From an uncultured Pseudomonadota bacterium (GTDB lineage: Bacteria > Vulcanimicrobiota > Vulcanimicrobiia > Eremiobacterales > Eremiobacteraceae): a stretch of 64,000 bases of DNA. This document shows positions 37,117-46,307 of this stretch, in pieces. A model generated the notes under the pieces. The model saw only the letters and a program-made list of their open reading frames with translations. It searched no databases and was not told the DNA's origin. A program made the translations under genes and the position numbers. Positions within the stretch are counted from its first letter, which is position 1. The number at the start of each line of letters is the position of its first letter. The stretch is from the NCBI GenBank assembly GCA_963736005.1, contig CAVTNB010000003.1, positions 384,001 to 448,000 on the forward strand, written 5' to 3'.

Positions 37117-40100
37117 ATGGCTGTTCGCGCACAATCGAAAGTGAATCAACCTGTCACTTTGCGTTTTGAAGAAGGCGTCGGCCCCGAGCGCGGGGGGCCA
37201 CCACTGGGTCTGTGGCAAGAATCAATTCCGTCGCAGACCGCGATCGAGGGAACGTTTCCCAAACCAATTATCGCACAAGGCGTTGCGGCGTATCAGCGCG
37301 GTAAAGTTCGCATCCTCAACTTGCGCCGCGCCGATCTCGTCGCGACCGTCGCCGACACTGAGACGCACACCACCACGCTGACGCGCGATCCGTCGCGACT
37401 GCCACTGGGCATGCGCTGTAATTGCACGTGCCGCTACGGTTATGACTGCAAGCACGCGGTCGCCGCATTGTAGATGCTCGCGGAACTCGCGGCGCAGAAC
37501 ACCGAACCGCCAGAGCCCTCTCCGCCAACGACGCCAACCAACGGAGCGACCTCCGCATCCCATGTGAGCGGCAACGGCTCGGCAACCACGCCGGTTGCGT
37601 CGACCAACGGACGGCCGGTCAGTGAGCTCGGCGAATTGTTCGACTTGCTCGCCCCTCATCATGAAACGCTAGCCCCGCGCCGGCGCCTGTGGGTCGTCGT
37701 CGGTTTCGACGAACGCCTCGGTGTCTTCTACGCGCGCTTGTGTTTGGACGCGCCGAAACTGCACGGGGTCGGACGCACCCATGGCGACCTTCAGCAACTC
37801 TATCGCACGACGCGTCAGGCGAATCTCACGGGCGAGGAATGGGATCGTTACGACGGCGCCTTGCTCTCGGACGCTACTCTTGGCCCGATGTTCGGCACGC
37901 CGGCCGACTACGCGCTTGCCCGCCCCTCGTGCGAACAGACGCAGCGCTTGAGCAACAATTTCGCACAGCTGCTGTTGCGCTTGATCTCGCATCCGCGCGT
38001 TCGCTATGACGACCACTTAGGCTCGCATCCCGAGACCTTGCCGCCCGTGCGGATTGTGCTGTCGCCGCTCCGACTTCGGCTGTCAGGCGAGCGCTCCAGC
38101 GAGGGAGATCTGCAGCTGTCCGGTCATTTTGTTCGTCCCGATGGTTCGACGATCGAGTGCTCGGCTGTGCGCATCATCGATGGGATGCCAGCATGGCTTT
38201 TCGATGGACAGGCATTTTATCTCCACGATGGTTGTTTCAGACTGCGCATCGTCGATCGATTCAAGAACGTTGCGTCGGTGAAGCTATCGTCGCCCGAGGT
38301 GCCGCTGCTGCTCGAACGCGCGCACAACCTGTTAGAACGCGAGACGGCCACGGACTTGCTGCTCCTGCCGGAAGACATGGAGCCCCAGACGCTGGTGCGC
38401 CTGCGCTGGCTCGGCGATGGCATCACCGCCGATGCTGCGGTCGAAGACGCAAGCAGCGGTGCGAACTGGCCCATCACGACTGGCGAGTTTAGTCCTTTGC
38501 GGCGGATCGATGACGGCAAGAAAGACAGCGTGCCAAAGTACGCTTATTGCGATCCGGCAATTGCCGCTCATGTTCGCGCAAAGCTCGAAGCCCATGGTTT
38601 TCGTACCGTGGAAGGACATTTACGAGACCTTCAGGCTCGAACACCCAGACGATCCGTTGCCGCACTACGATGAGACTGCATGGCGGCTCGAGGGGACAGA
38701 CCTCGGCTACCAATTCGGCACCGAGATTTTGCCGGCATGGAAAACTGAATTCCACCTCGATCTTGACGAAACGATGAAATCACTCGTGGAGGGCCCAAAA
38801 GCCATCCACGTTTCTTTATCCGTGGAAAGCGCCGCCGAGAAAGCCAAAGCAAAGGCCAAGGGCAAGATCTCGGCAGCCGCGTCGGGACCAATCGATTGGC
38901 TCGAGATCTCAGTCGAACTCATGCTCGACGGACAACCGCTCTCACCAGACGACGTGAAAGCGTTGTGGCAGAGTTCGGGTCGTTTCTATCGGCTCGCAGA
39001 TGGGCGTTTCATCGATCTTTCGTCGTTTGCTTTGCTGCGCGAGGCCACGGGTGGCTTCGGTCACTGCCTTGAGGCGGGCGGACCGGTGCGCTTGTCTGCG
39101 GCGCAGATGCTCTCGGTCTACGACGACTTGGCGCGTGCCTGCGGCGACGCGGAACTGCCTCAACAGCTACGCGATTTGCGCGAGGCCGTTCGCGGGTTCA
39201 GCGGCATCGAGGAGGTCGACCCGCCGGCGCACCTCGTCAAGATCTTGCGCCCTTATCAGCGACGCGGTTTGGATTTTCTCGCTTATTTCGGCCGATATGC
39301 TTTCGGCGGCATCCTAGCCGATGACATGGGCTTAGGGAAAACGCTCCAAGTGCTGTCGTATTTGGAGCGGGAGCGCTTGCGCCGCGGCAGCGCGCCGAAC
39401 CTCATCGTTTGTCCGACCTCAGTGACGCACACGTGGCTCAGCGAAGCGGCCCGCTTTACGCCCGAGTTGAAGGTCAGCCTCTTGACGGCAGGCGCTGGGC
39501 GCGAAGCCATCTACAATGCCGCGCACACATTCGATTTGCTCGTCACGTCCTACGCGCTCGCGCGTCGCGATGCTGAAAGTCTCAACAAGATTGCCTTCCG
39601 CACCATCGTGTTGGACGAGGCGCAGCAAATCAAGAATCCGCAAGCAAAAATTTCCGTCGTCATCAAGGGCATTAATGCCGAGCAGCGTCTTGCGCTGACA
39701 GGCACGCCGATCGAGAACTCCGTGCTCGATTTGTGGTCCATCGTCGACTTCGTCATGCCCGGGTTGCTTGGCAACGAGAGTCATTTCCGCTCGACCTTTG
39801 AAACGCCGATCATGCGCGACGGGGATGGGGAAAAGCAGCAGCGCCTCGCCAAGCGCGTGCAGCCATTCATGATCCGCCGGCTCAAGACGCAAGTGGCGGC
39901 CGATCTGCCTTCGCGAACCGAGCAAACGATCGAATGCGAGATGACCGCATCGCAAAAGAAAGCCTATCGGGAAATCGTCCTCCGTGCGCGTCGCGAAATC
40001 TTGCGTGAGGTCGACGAGCACGGTATCTCGCGGGCGCAGCTTTCCATCCTCGCGGCACTCACCAAGCTGCGGCAGATCTGCAACCACCCCGGCCTCATCG

Positions 40101-40648
40101 GCGAGCATTGGCGCGAAGACGAAGAGGCCTCCGGGAAATTCCAAGCGTTCTTGGAGTTGTTAGAGTCCATCATCGAGTCAGGCCACCGCGTGCTCGTGTT
40201 CTCTTCTTTCACCGAAATGTTGGGAATCATGCGCGAGTCGTTCGACGCGCGCAAGCGGGCCTATTCGTATCTCGACGGCTCTACGAAGAACCGCGACAAG
40301 GTGCTCGACGATTTCCGTCGCGAGGATGGTCCGCCGGTTTTCCTCATGAGTCTCAAAGCGGGCGGCGTCGGGCTCACGGTGACTGAGGCCGATTACGTCG
40401 TTTTCTACGACCCGTGGTGGAACCCCGCGATCGAGCGCCAAGCGATCGACCGCACGCATCGTATTGGCCAGACCAAGCCAGTGACCGCGTATCGCCTCGT
40501 GACGCTGGGTACGGTTGAAGAGAAGATCCAATCGCTCCAGTATCGCAAACAAGCGCTGGCCGATTCGGTCGTTTCGACCGACACCGCATTTGCGAAGTCA
40601 CTCACGCGCGAGGATCTAGACGAGCTCTTCGCTCCAATCGCCGAGTAG
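37117..40648 (+). pseudogene. SWIM zinc finger-SNF2 family helicase, interrupted by in-frame TAG (37471-37473) and a frameshift near 38600
   Basis: CNC-C-CKH SWIM; LRPYQ, LADDMGLGKT, DEAQ, TGTPIEN, SLKAGGVGL, QAIDRTHRIGQ. Confidence 0.85.
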
Positions 40649-40670
40649 CTAAAAAAGCGCGTCGCGCGAC

Positions 40671-42047
40671 GTGACCGAAGCCGAATTTAGGAAACTCCTT
40701 ACGGTCGGACTCGACGGCATCGAGCGTTGGGAATGCGGCTTTCGCAGCTTCGTCCCCCACGCGAGCCTGGACGTACCGGCCGAGCAAGCGATTCGCGCCA
40801 TCGACGAGTTGGTGGAGCGACTGCATGAAAACTATCCTTTCTTTCATCCCGACTACGCCGGTCAGATGCTTCGTCCCCCGCATCCGATCGCGTTGGCGGC
40901 GTACACCGTCGCCGCGCGCATCAATCCAAACAATCATGCGCTCGACGGCGGACCGGCCACCGCGCAGCTCGAGCGCGAATGCATCGATCAAATCGCCGCG
41001 ATGTTTGGCTTGCGCGAACCATATCTTGGGCACCTCACCACATCAGGCACGATCGCGAACCTCGAGGCGCTGTGGGTTGCTTCAAGACGCAAGCCAGGCA
41101 AGGCGATCGTTTTCTCGGATGAAGCCCACTACACGCACGCGCGCATGTGCGAACTGCTCGGTGTGAAGACGATCGTGGTGCCGGTCGATGGTCGCGGCCG
41201 GTTGGATCTTGCCGCACTCGAGGCTTTGGACGAGCGCGATGACGTTGGAACGGTTGTCGTGACTGCCGGAACGACCGCAGTGGGAGCGGTTGATCCGATC
41301 GACGCCGTGGTGGCGATGGCAAAAAACAGGGGCTGGCGCGTGCACGCCGACGCTGCGTATGGAGGGTTCTTCGCGTGCATCGCCTCCGCACCCGCCGCGC
41401 AGCTCGAGCAGGGCGCATGGAAGGCGCTTGCGGGCTGCGACTCGATCGTCGTCGATCCCCACAAGCACGGGTTGCAACCGTATGGATGCGGCGCGGTGAT
41501 CTTTGCCGATCCCAACGTCGGCGCGTTCTATCGGCACGATTCGCCCTACACCTACTTCACCTCAAAGAAACTTCATCTCGGGGAAATCAGCCTGGAGTGC
41601 TCGCGCGCCGGCGCAGCTGCCGCAGCGCTGTGGGCAACGCTGCGCGTCCTCCCGCTGAACCCGGATGGATTGGGTCGCTCGTTGCTCGCATCCCGACAGG
41701 CTGCTCTTGCAGCGGATGAAGCAGCAACCGCCACCCAGGTTCTCGAGCTCGTTGTCAAACCGGAGCTAGACATCATTGCGCTCGCACCGATGAACGCGGG
41801 TGAACATCCGAAGGCAACGATCGTTTCCAAACGGAGTGAGAAAGCGTTCGAACATTGCGAACGGGATGCGTCGCCGCTCTTCCTTGCAAAATGGCGACTC
41901 CCCGAGGCCTTCGGACGTCTTGCGCTACCGCAGCTCCAATGGGATGAAGATCACTGCACGATCTTGCGCAGCGTGCTGATGAAACCCGAACACCTGGACA
42001 ACGCCGCCTCGATCGTCACGCGTATCGCCAACGTCTTGAAAACGTAG
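40671..42047 (+). CDS. PLP-dependent group II amino-acid decarboxylase family protein
   Basis: [31 protein letters not shown]. Confidence 0.85.
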   Translation: MTEAEFRKLLTVGLDGIERWECGFRSFVPHASLDVPAEQAIRAIDELVERLHENYPFFHPDYAGQMLRPPHPIALAAYTVAARINPNNHALDGGPATAQLERECIDQIAAMFGLREPYLGHLTTSGTIANLEALWVASRRKPGKAIVFSDEAHYTHARMCELLGVKTIVVPVDGRGRLDLAALEALDERDDVGTVVVTAGTTAVGAVDPIDAVVAMAKNRGWRVHADAAYGGFFACIASAPAAQLEQGAWKALAGCDSIVVDPHKHGLQPYGCGAVIFADPNVGAFYRHDSPYTYFTSKKLHLGEISLECSRAGAAAAALWATLRVLPLNPDGLGRSLLASRQAALAADEAATATQVLELVVKPELDIIALAPMNAGEHPKATIVSKRSEKAFEHCERDASPLFLAKWRLPEAFGRLALPQLQWDEDHCTILRSVLMKPEHLDNAASIVTRIANVLKT

Positions 42048-42115
42048 CGGGCGACAAAATGTCGCGGGCGACTGTCAAGTCGCCCATTGTAGGGGGCGAT
42101 TGGAAAATCGCCCCC
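42044..42115 (+). repeat. Composite REP cluster (family D duplicated, then family C); first TAG is the decarboxylase stop
   Basis: GTAGCGGGCGACAAAATGTCGCGGGCGACTGTCAAGTCGCCC then GTAGGGGGCGATTGGAAAATCGCCCCC. Confidence 0.8.
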
Positions 42116-42393
42116 TCCCGTTGTGACCCGTATCGCTTTCACCCTTCATTTCGTCACGTCTCGACTGGCGGAGCGTCCTATTTCCAGCGATTCGCCGATG
42201 AAGTGAAGGATGAAGAACATGACTGAGTGCTGCGCATTTTGCCGTGAAACGATTGGTCAGTCGAAACTCTACGTGAGCCTCGGGCCAGATCTCGATCCTC
42301 ACTTTCCGATTTGCTCGGCATGCTATCTTGTAGCGGTGCGCCACGGTTACCAAGTCGTCTATCGAACGGCGGCTTAAAAGCAACCTCGTCGCG

Positions 42394-43092
42394 TTATTGC
42401 TTTGACGCGTCGATAATGATCACAGCTCGCTCATTCTTATTTTTGAAATCACCAAGGGCACCGACTGCGCTGCCTAACGGGCTCCCTGGCTCGACGAATT
42501 CCCCTGCGGTGTACCCCGAGCGCTGTTTGAGCTGAGAATCGATTCCATTGCGCAAGCCCTGCGGAAGGCTCTGGTACCTCGAAATGAGGGAGATAACCGT
42601 GCCCAGCCTCGCATTGGTCGTGGCCGGGTCCATTGCGATCACGACCAAGCCATGCTTTGCATTGGCCGTGTCATGGAACATGGCGAAATCGACGCCATTC
42701 TTCATCGCCACTGTGTGAATGGTGGACATACTCGCTGGTATCACCACGGCGCTGTAACCGCTGGGCGGCTGTTTTTCGTCTTGACGCAGCCAGTTCTCAA
42801 GATCCGCAAACGACGCGTTCGAGCCCGCAATCACTTCGTCGCCGCTATATGTCCCCGATCCAGCAGCGAAGACACCCGTTCCCATCTGCGAGCTATTAAT
42901 GGTTTGCGAGAAGGGCTTTGCGGCGATGACGCTCGCGCCTTCGATGAGTGGAAAATTGGTTGGATTTGTTGCGTTTGCCGCGGGCGTGGGCGGCTGTTCT
43001 GTCGCTTGGGTCCCAGGAACTGACGTCCCCTTGCTGCACGCGGAGAGGCCAACAATCGCAGCGGCCAAGAAAACCCACAAATGCTTCTTCAT
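42394..43092 (-). CDS. Hypothetical lipoprotein
   Basis: MKK...LSAC lipobox. Confidence 0.75.
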   Translation of the reverse strand: MKKHLWVFLAAAIVGLSACSKGTSVPGTQATEQPPTPAANATNPTNFPLIEGASVIAAKPFSQTINSSQMGTGVFAAGSGTYSGDEVIAGSNASFADLENWLRQDEKQPPSGYSAVVIPASMSTIHTVAMKNGVDFAMFHDTANAKHGLVVIAMDPATTNARLGTVISLISRYQSLPQGLRNGIDSQLKQRSGYTAGEFVEPGSPLGSAVGALGDFKNKNERAVIIIDASKQ

Positions 43093-43107
43093 AAGTACCC
43101 TCGCCTG

Positions 43108-44112
43108 CTAAGCCTTCGCTTTTTGTACCGTCGTCGCGCTTCCGTTCAGCGGTTGGGTTAGGCCTCGTATGCCAATGCGGGCAAGCGCAGCTGCCCCGAT
43201 GACGCCAGCATTGTTGCCCAGCTGTGCGGTGATAATCTTGGTCATCCCCTTGGGCACCATCGTCGTCAGGTCGTCGACGAGTTTCGTCAGCGGTTCTGCC
43301 AGCATCTTCGAGTCGGTTTGACCGACGCCGCCACCAAGCGCAATGACCGCTGGGTTGGTGAACGCGACGATGTTGGAAACGCCCAGCGCCAGGTCGGCCA
43401 TGTAGTTCTTCCACGCGGCAAGTGCATGTTCGTCACCGCGCGCAGCCGCCTTGCGAATCATCTTGCTGCCCCACTTTGCTTGAGGCTTGCGCGTCAGCAA
43501 CGTGCTGCGCGGGAAGGACGGCGCGAGCGCGAGCGCATGCCGCAAGAGTCCGGTGCCCGATGCTTGCGCTTCGAAGCAACCACGCTTGCCGCACGTGCAG
43601 ATAAAGCCCGTGTTGGGTCGTATGACGTGGTGACCAACTTCGCCCGCTCCCATGGCGTTGCCCAAGATCAGGCGACCACCGGACACAAGGCCTCCACCGA
43701 TGCCGGTGCCAAGCGTGATCAGCGCAAATTCAGTCGTTCCTTTACCCGATCCGTAAAGAAATTCGCCCAGCGTTGCGCAGCGCGCGTCATTGAGGATGTG
43801 AATTGGTTGCTTGACGCGGCGTTCTAGGAGAGAGCGAAGCGGCACGTCGCGCCAACCAAAATTGGGCGAGAAGCGTATGGTGCCGGTTTTTTCGTCGATA
43901 TTTCCCGGCGATCCGATGCCAAGACCGATGCAATCTTTGTCGCCGACGACACTCAGCACCAACTGCATGACTTGGACGATCTGGTCGACGACGTGCGCCG
44001 GGTCGAGCGATGTCAGATCTCGCTCAGCTTGGTCGATGATCGTTCCATCAGCGGCAACGGCGCCCGCCGCGGTGTGTGAGCCGCCCAAGTCGATGCCGAT
44101 GGCAAATTGCAT
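43108..44112 (-). CDS. ROK family sugar kinase (glucokinase-like)
   Basis: GIDLGG, GIGSPG, NDA, TLGTGIGGG, GEVGH, CTCG-GC-E. Confidence 0.92.
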   Translation of the reverse strand: MQFAIGIDLGGSHTAAGAVAADGTIIDQAERDLTSLDPAHVVDQIVQVMQLVLSVVGDKDCIGLGIGSPGNIDEKTGTIRFSPNFGWRDVPLRSLLERRVKQPIHILNDARCATLGEFLYGSGKGTTEFALITLGTGIGGGLVSGGRLILGNAMGAGEVGHHVIRPNTGFICTCGKRGCFEAQASGTGLLRHALALAPSFPRSTLLTRKPQAKWGSKMIRKAAARGDEHALAAWKNYMADLALGVSNIVAFTNPAVIALGGGVGQTDSKMLAEPLTKLVDDLTTMVPKGMTKIITAQLGNNAGVIGAAALARIGIRGLTQPLNGSATTVQKAKA

Positions 44113-44123
44113 GCCGACTCCTT

Positions 44124-44210
44124 TGGTGCCCAGGACAGGACTCGAACCTGCACCGGTTTTACCCGACTAGCCCCTCAAACTAGCGCGTCTACCAATTCCG
44201 CCACCTGGGC
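44124..44210 (-). tRNA. tRNA-Leu (anticodon GAG)
   Basis: GCCCAGGTGGCGGAATTGGTAGACGCG-CTAGT-TTGAGGG-GCTAG, long variable arm, GGTTCGAGTCC, TGGGCACCA. Confidence 0.97.
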
Positions 44211-44221
44211 GAGCACCAGAA

Positions 44222-44271
44222 AGCGGACCTAAAGGTCCGCTGCTCCATGAGCGTCACGAATTGATTCGCGA
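44222..44271 (-). repeat. REP family A plus degenerate family B upstream of tRNA
   Basis: agcggacctaaaggtccgctgctcc; tcacgaattgattcgcga. Confidence 0.75.
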
Positions 44272-44284
44272 TTGAACGCCGGAT

Positions 44285-45214
44285 TCATTGGATGTTGGGG
44301 TCGAGGGCGTCGCGCAAACCGTCTCCCATATAGTTAACGGCCAATACCGTAATGAGGATCATGAGACCTGGATAGATGGCAGCCCACGGGGCGATCGTAA
44401 TGTTCTCTTGCGCATTCGCGAGCATACTGCCCCACGACGCCACTGGCGGCTGGATGCCGTAGCCCAGGTAGGACAAGACCGACTCGAGCAGGATGACGTT
44501 GCCGACATCGAGCGTTGCTTGGACGACGATTGGCGCGACTGCATTCGGCAAGAGGTGTTTGGCGACGATGCGCGCATCGCGACAGCCAATCGCGCGAGCC
44601 GCCTCCGCAAATTCTTTCTCGCGAAGGCTCAAGAACGACCCACGCACCAAGCGCGCTACGTTCATCCACGAGAGCAGGCCGATGATCAGCACGATCGAGC
44701 TGAAGTTCAGCGATGCTTTGCTCGATGAGGCAGCCACGATACCGGTGAGCACGAGCAGCAACGGCAACAACGGAATGGACAGGAACGTATCGGTAAGTCG
44801 CATGAGCAACCCATCGATTCGACCGCCATAGTATCCGGCAATGGCGCCGATGAACGTGCCGAGCACGACCTCGATGACGACCGCAAAGGTGGCGACCGTC
44901 AGTGAAATGCGCGCGCCGAAGAGGAGGCGCGTATACAGATCGCGCCCGATCTCATCAGTCCCTAGCCAGTGTCCGAACTGCCCGGGAGCGAGCGGAGTTC
45001 CTTGCCAGTGCGTGTCGATGGCATTTGGATCAAAGTGTGAAAGCCAGGGTGCAAACACGGCACCGCAGACCATGAGCAGGAGGACGAACCCGCCGGTGAG
45101 CGCCAGGCGATGGCGTTTGAACTTGCGCCACGTTTGGTGCCGTTCTTGGACGAACTCATCATCGTAGCTCGGTGCGAGTACTGGTTGTGGCAGGGCATCG
45201 GTTACGTAGGCCAT
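44285..45214 (-). CDS. oppC: Oligopeptide/dipeptide ABC permease (OppC/DppC)
   Basis: HWLGTDEIGRD, EAARAIG EAA loop, GDGLRDALDP. Confidence 0.9.
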   Translation of the reverse strand: MAYVTDALPQPVLAPSYDDEFVQERHQTWRKFKRHRLALTGGFVLLLMVCGAVFAPWLSHFDPNAIDTHWQGTPLAPGQFGHWLGTDEIGRDLYTRLLFGARISLTVATFAVVIEVVLGTFIGAIAGYYGGRIDGLLMRLTDTFLSIPLLPLLLVLTGIVAASSSKASLNFSSIVLIIGLLSWMNVARLVRGSFLSLREKEFAEAARAIGCRDARIVAKHLLPNAVAPIVVQATLDVGNVILLESVLSYLGYGIQPPVASWGSMLANAQENITIAPWAAIYPGLMILITVLAVNYMGDGLRDALDPNIQ

Positions 45215-45226
45215 GAGGTTCGCCTT

Positions 45227-46210
45227 TTAATCGTACTTCACGCGCGGATCGAGCCAGCCATACGCGAGATCCGCCAGAAGATTGAAGAAAACAACTAAAA
45301 TAGCGCTGAGGACGAGATAGGCCATCAAGAGCGCAAAGTCTTGTTGTCCAAGGGCAACGATGAACAGCCTGCCCATACCGGGCCAGGCAAAAATTGATTC
45401 AGTGACGATCGCGCCGGAAAACAAACCTGGAAGCGAGAGCGCCGTGATGGTGACGACCGGCATGAGCGCGTTCTTCAAGCCATGCTTCAACAAGATGCGC
45501 ATGAAGGGCAAGCCCTTTGCCGCTGCCGTGCGCATGTACTCGGTATGCAGAACCTCCTGCATCGAAGCTCTGGTAAAACGCGACCACGTTGCCAGTAGCA
45601 ACATCGAAAGCGTCAACACCGGCAAGACGAGATGCTGCACGCGATCCCAGAAGCCGCCACCTTCAGTTGAGGTCATGCCCGCCGATGGAAAACTGTAATC
45701 GAAAGCATAACCGAAGGCCTGCCAATGAAAACCCTTCACAGAAAAAAGCATCTGCAGCATCAAGGCAAACCAGAAAACCGGCATCGAGAACCCGAAGAAC
45801 GCAAAGGTCGTCACAAAGTAATCGACGAGGGAATATGGCTTGACCGCCGCGATAATGCCGAAGACCAAACCCAGGGCAATGGCAACCGCATAGGACAGCC
45901 CCATGAGTTCGAGTGTCGCCGGTAATCTTTCGAGGATGGCGTCCTTGGCCGGCGTGGAGTTCATTGTCGACCAGCCCCAATCGCCTTTGAGGTAGTTGCC
46001 AAGCCACGAAACATACTGGATCCAAACGGGCCGATCCAAGCCGAAGTTATGTTTGAGCCGAGCGATGTCTGCAGCGGTAATATGCGGGTTCTGCATGTAG
46101 GGAGCGAGCGGCCCACCCGGCATGTAATGCAGAATAGTAAATAAGATGATGCTGATGAATATCAGCAGCGGAATAGCCTGCAACAATCGCCGAATCGTAT
46201 AGTTTAGCAT
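45227..46210 (-). CDS. oppB: Oligopeptide/dipeptide ABC permease (OppB/DppB)
   Basis: RLPATLEL, TAAAKGL, ESIFAWPGMG, LDPRVKY. Confidence 0.9.
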   Translation of the reverse strand: MLNYTIRRLLQAIPLLIFISIILFTILHYMPGGPLAPYMQNPHITAADIARLKHNFGLDRPVWIQYVSWLGNYLKGDWGWSTMNSTPAKDAILERLPATLELMGLSYAVAIALGLVFGIIAAVKPYSLVDYFVTTFAFFGFSMPVFWFALMLQMLFSVKGFHWQAFGYAFDYSFPSAGMTSTEGGGFWDRVQHLVLPVLTLSMLLLATWSRFTRASMQEVLHTEYMRTAAAKGLPFMRILLKHGLKNALMPVVTITALSLPGLFSGAIVTESIFAWPGMGRLFIVALGQQDFALLMAYLVLSAILVVFFNLLADLAYGWLDPRVKYD

Positions 46211-46281
46211 GCCGGCTGAGCCAGGTTTTTTCTGTAGTTTGGACCCTCGGACCTTTGCCCTTTAAGGCTGGAGCAAAGCCA

Positions 46282-46307
46282 GGGGCGATTTTCCAATCGC
46301 CCCCTAC
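46282..46307 (-). repeat. REP family C; its TAG is the acnA stop
   Basis: ggggcgattttccaatcgccccctac. Confidence 0.85.

Noticed and set aside
37471..37473. Pyrrolysine or stop-codon reassignment
   Set aside because: Single case, TAG ends many other genes here, and nearby indels indicate sequence error.
44124..44210. tRNA as integration site of a genomic island
   Set aside because: No integrase and no duplicated tRNA 3' end seen; flanking genes are housekeeping.
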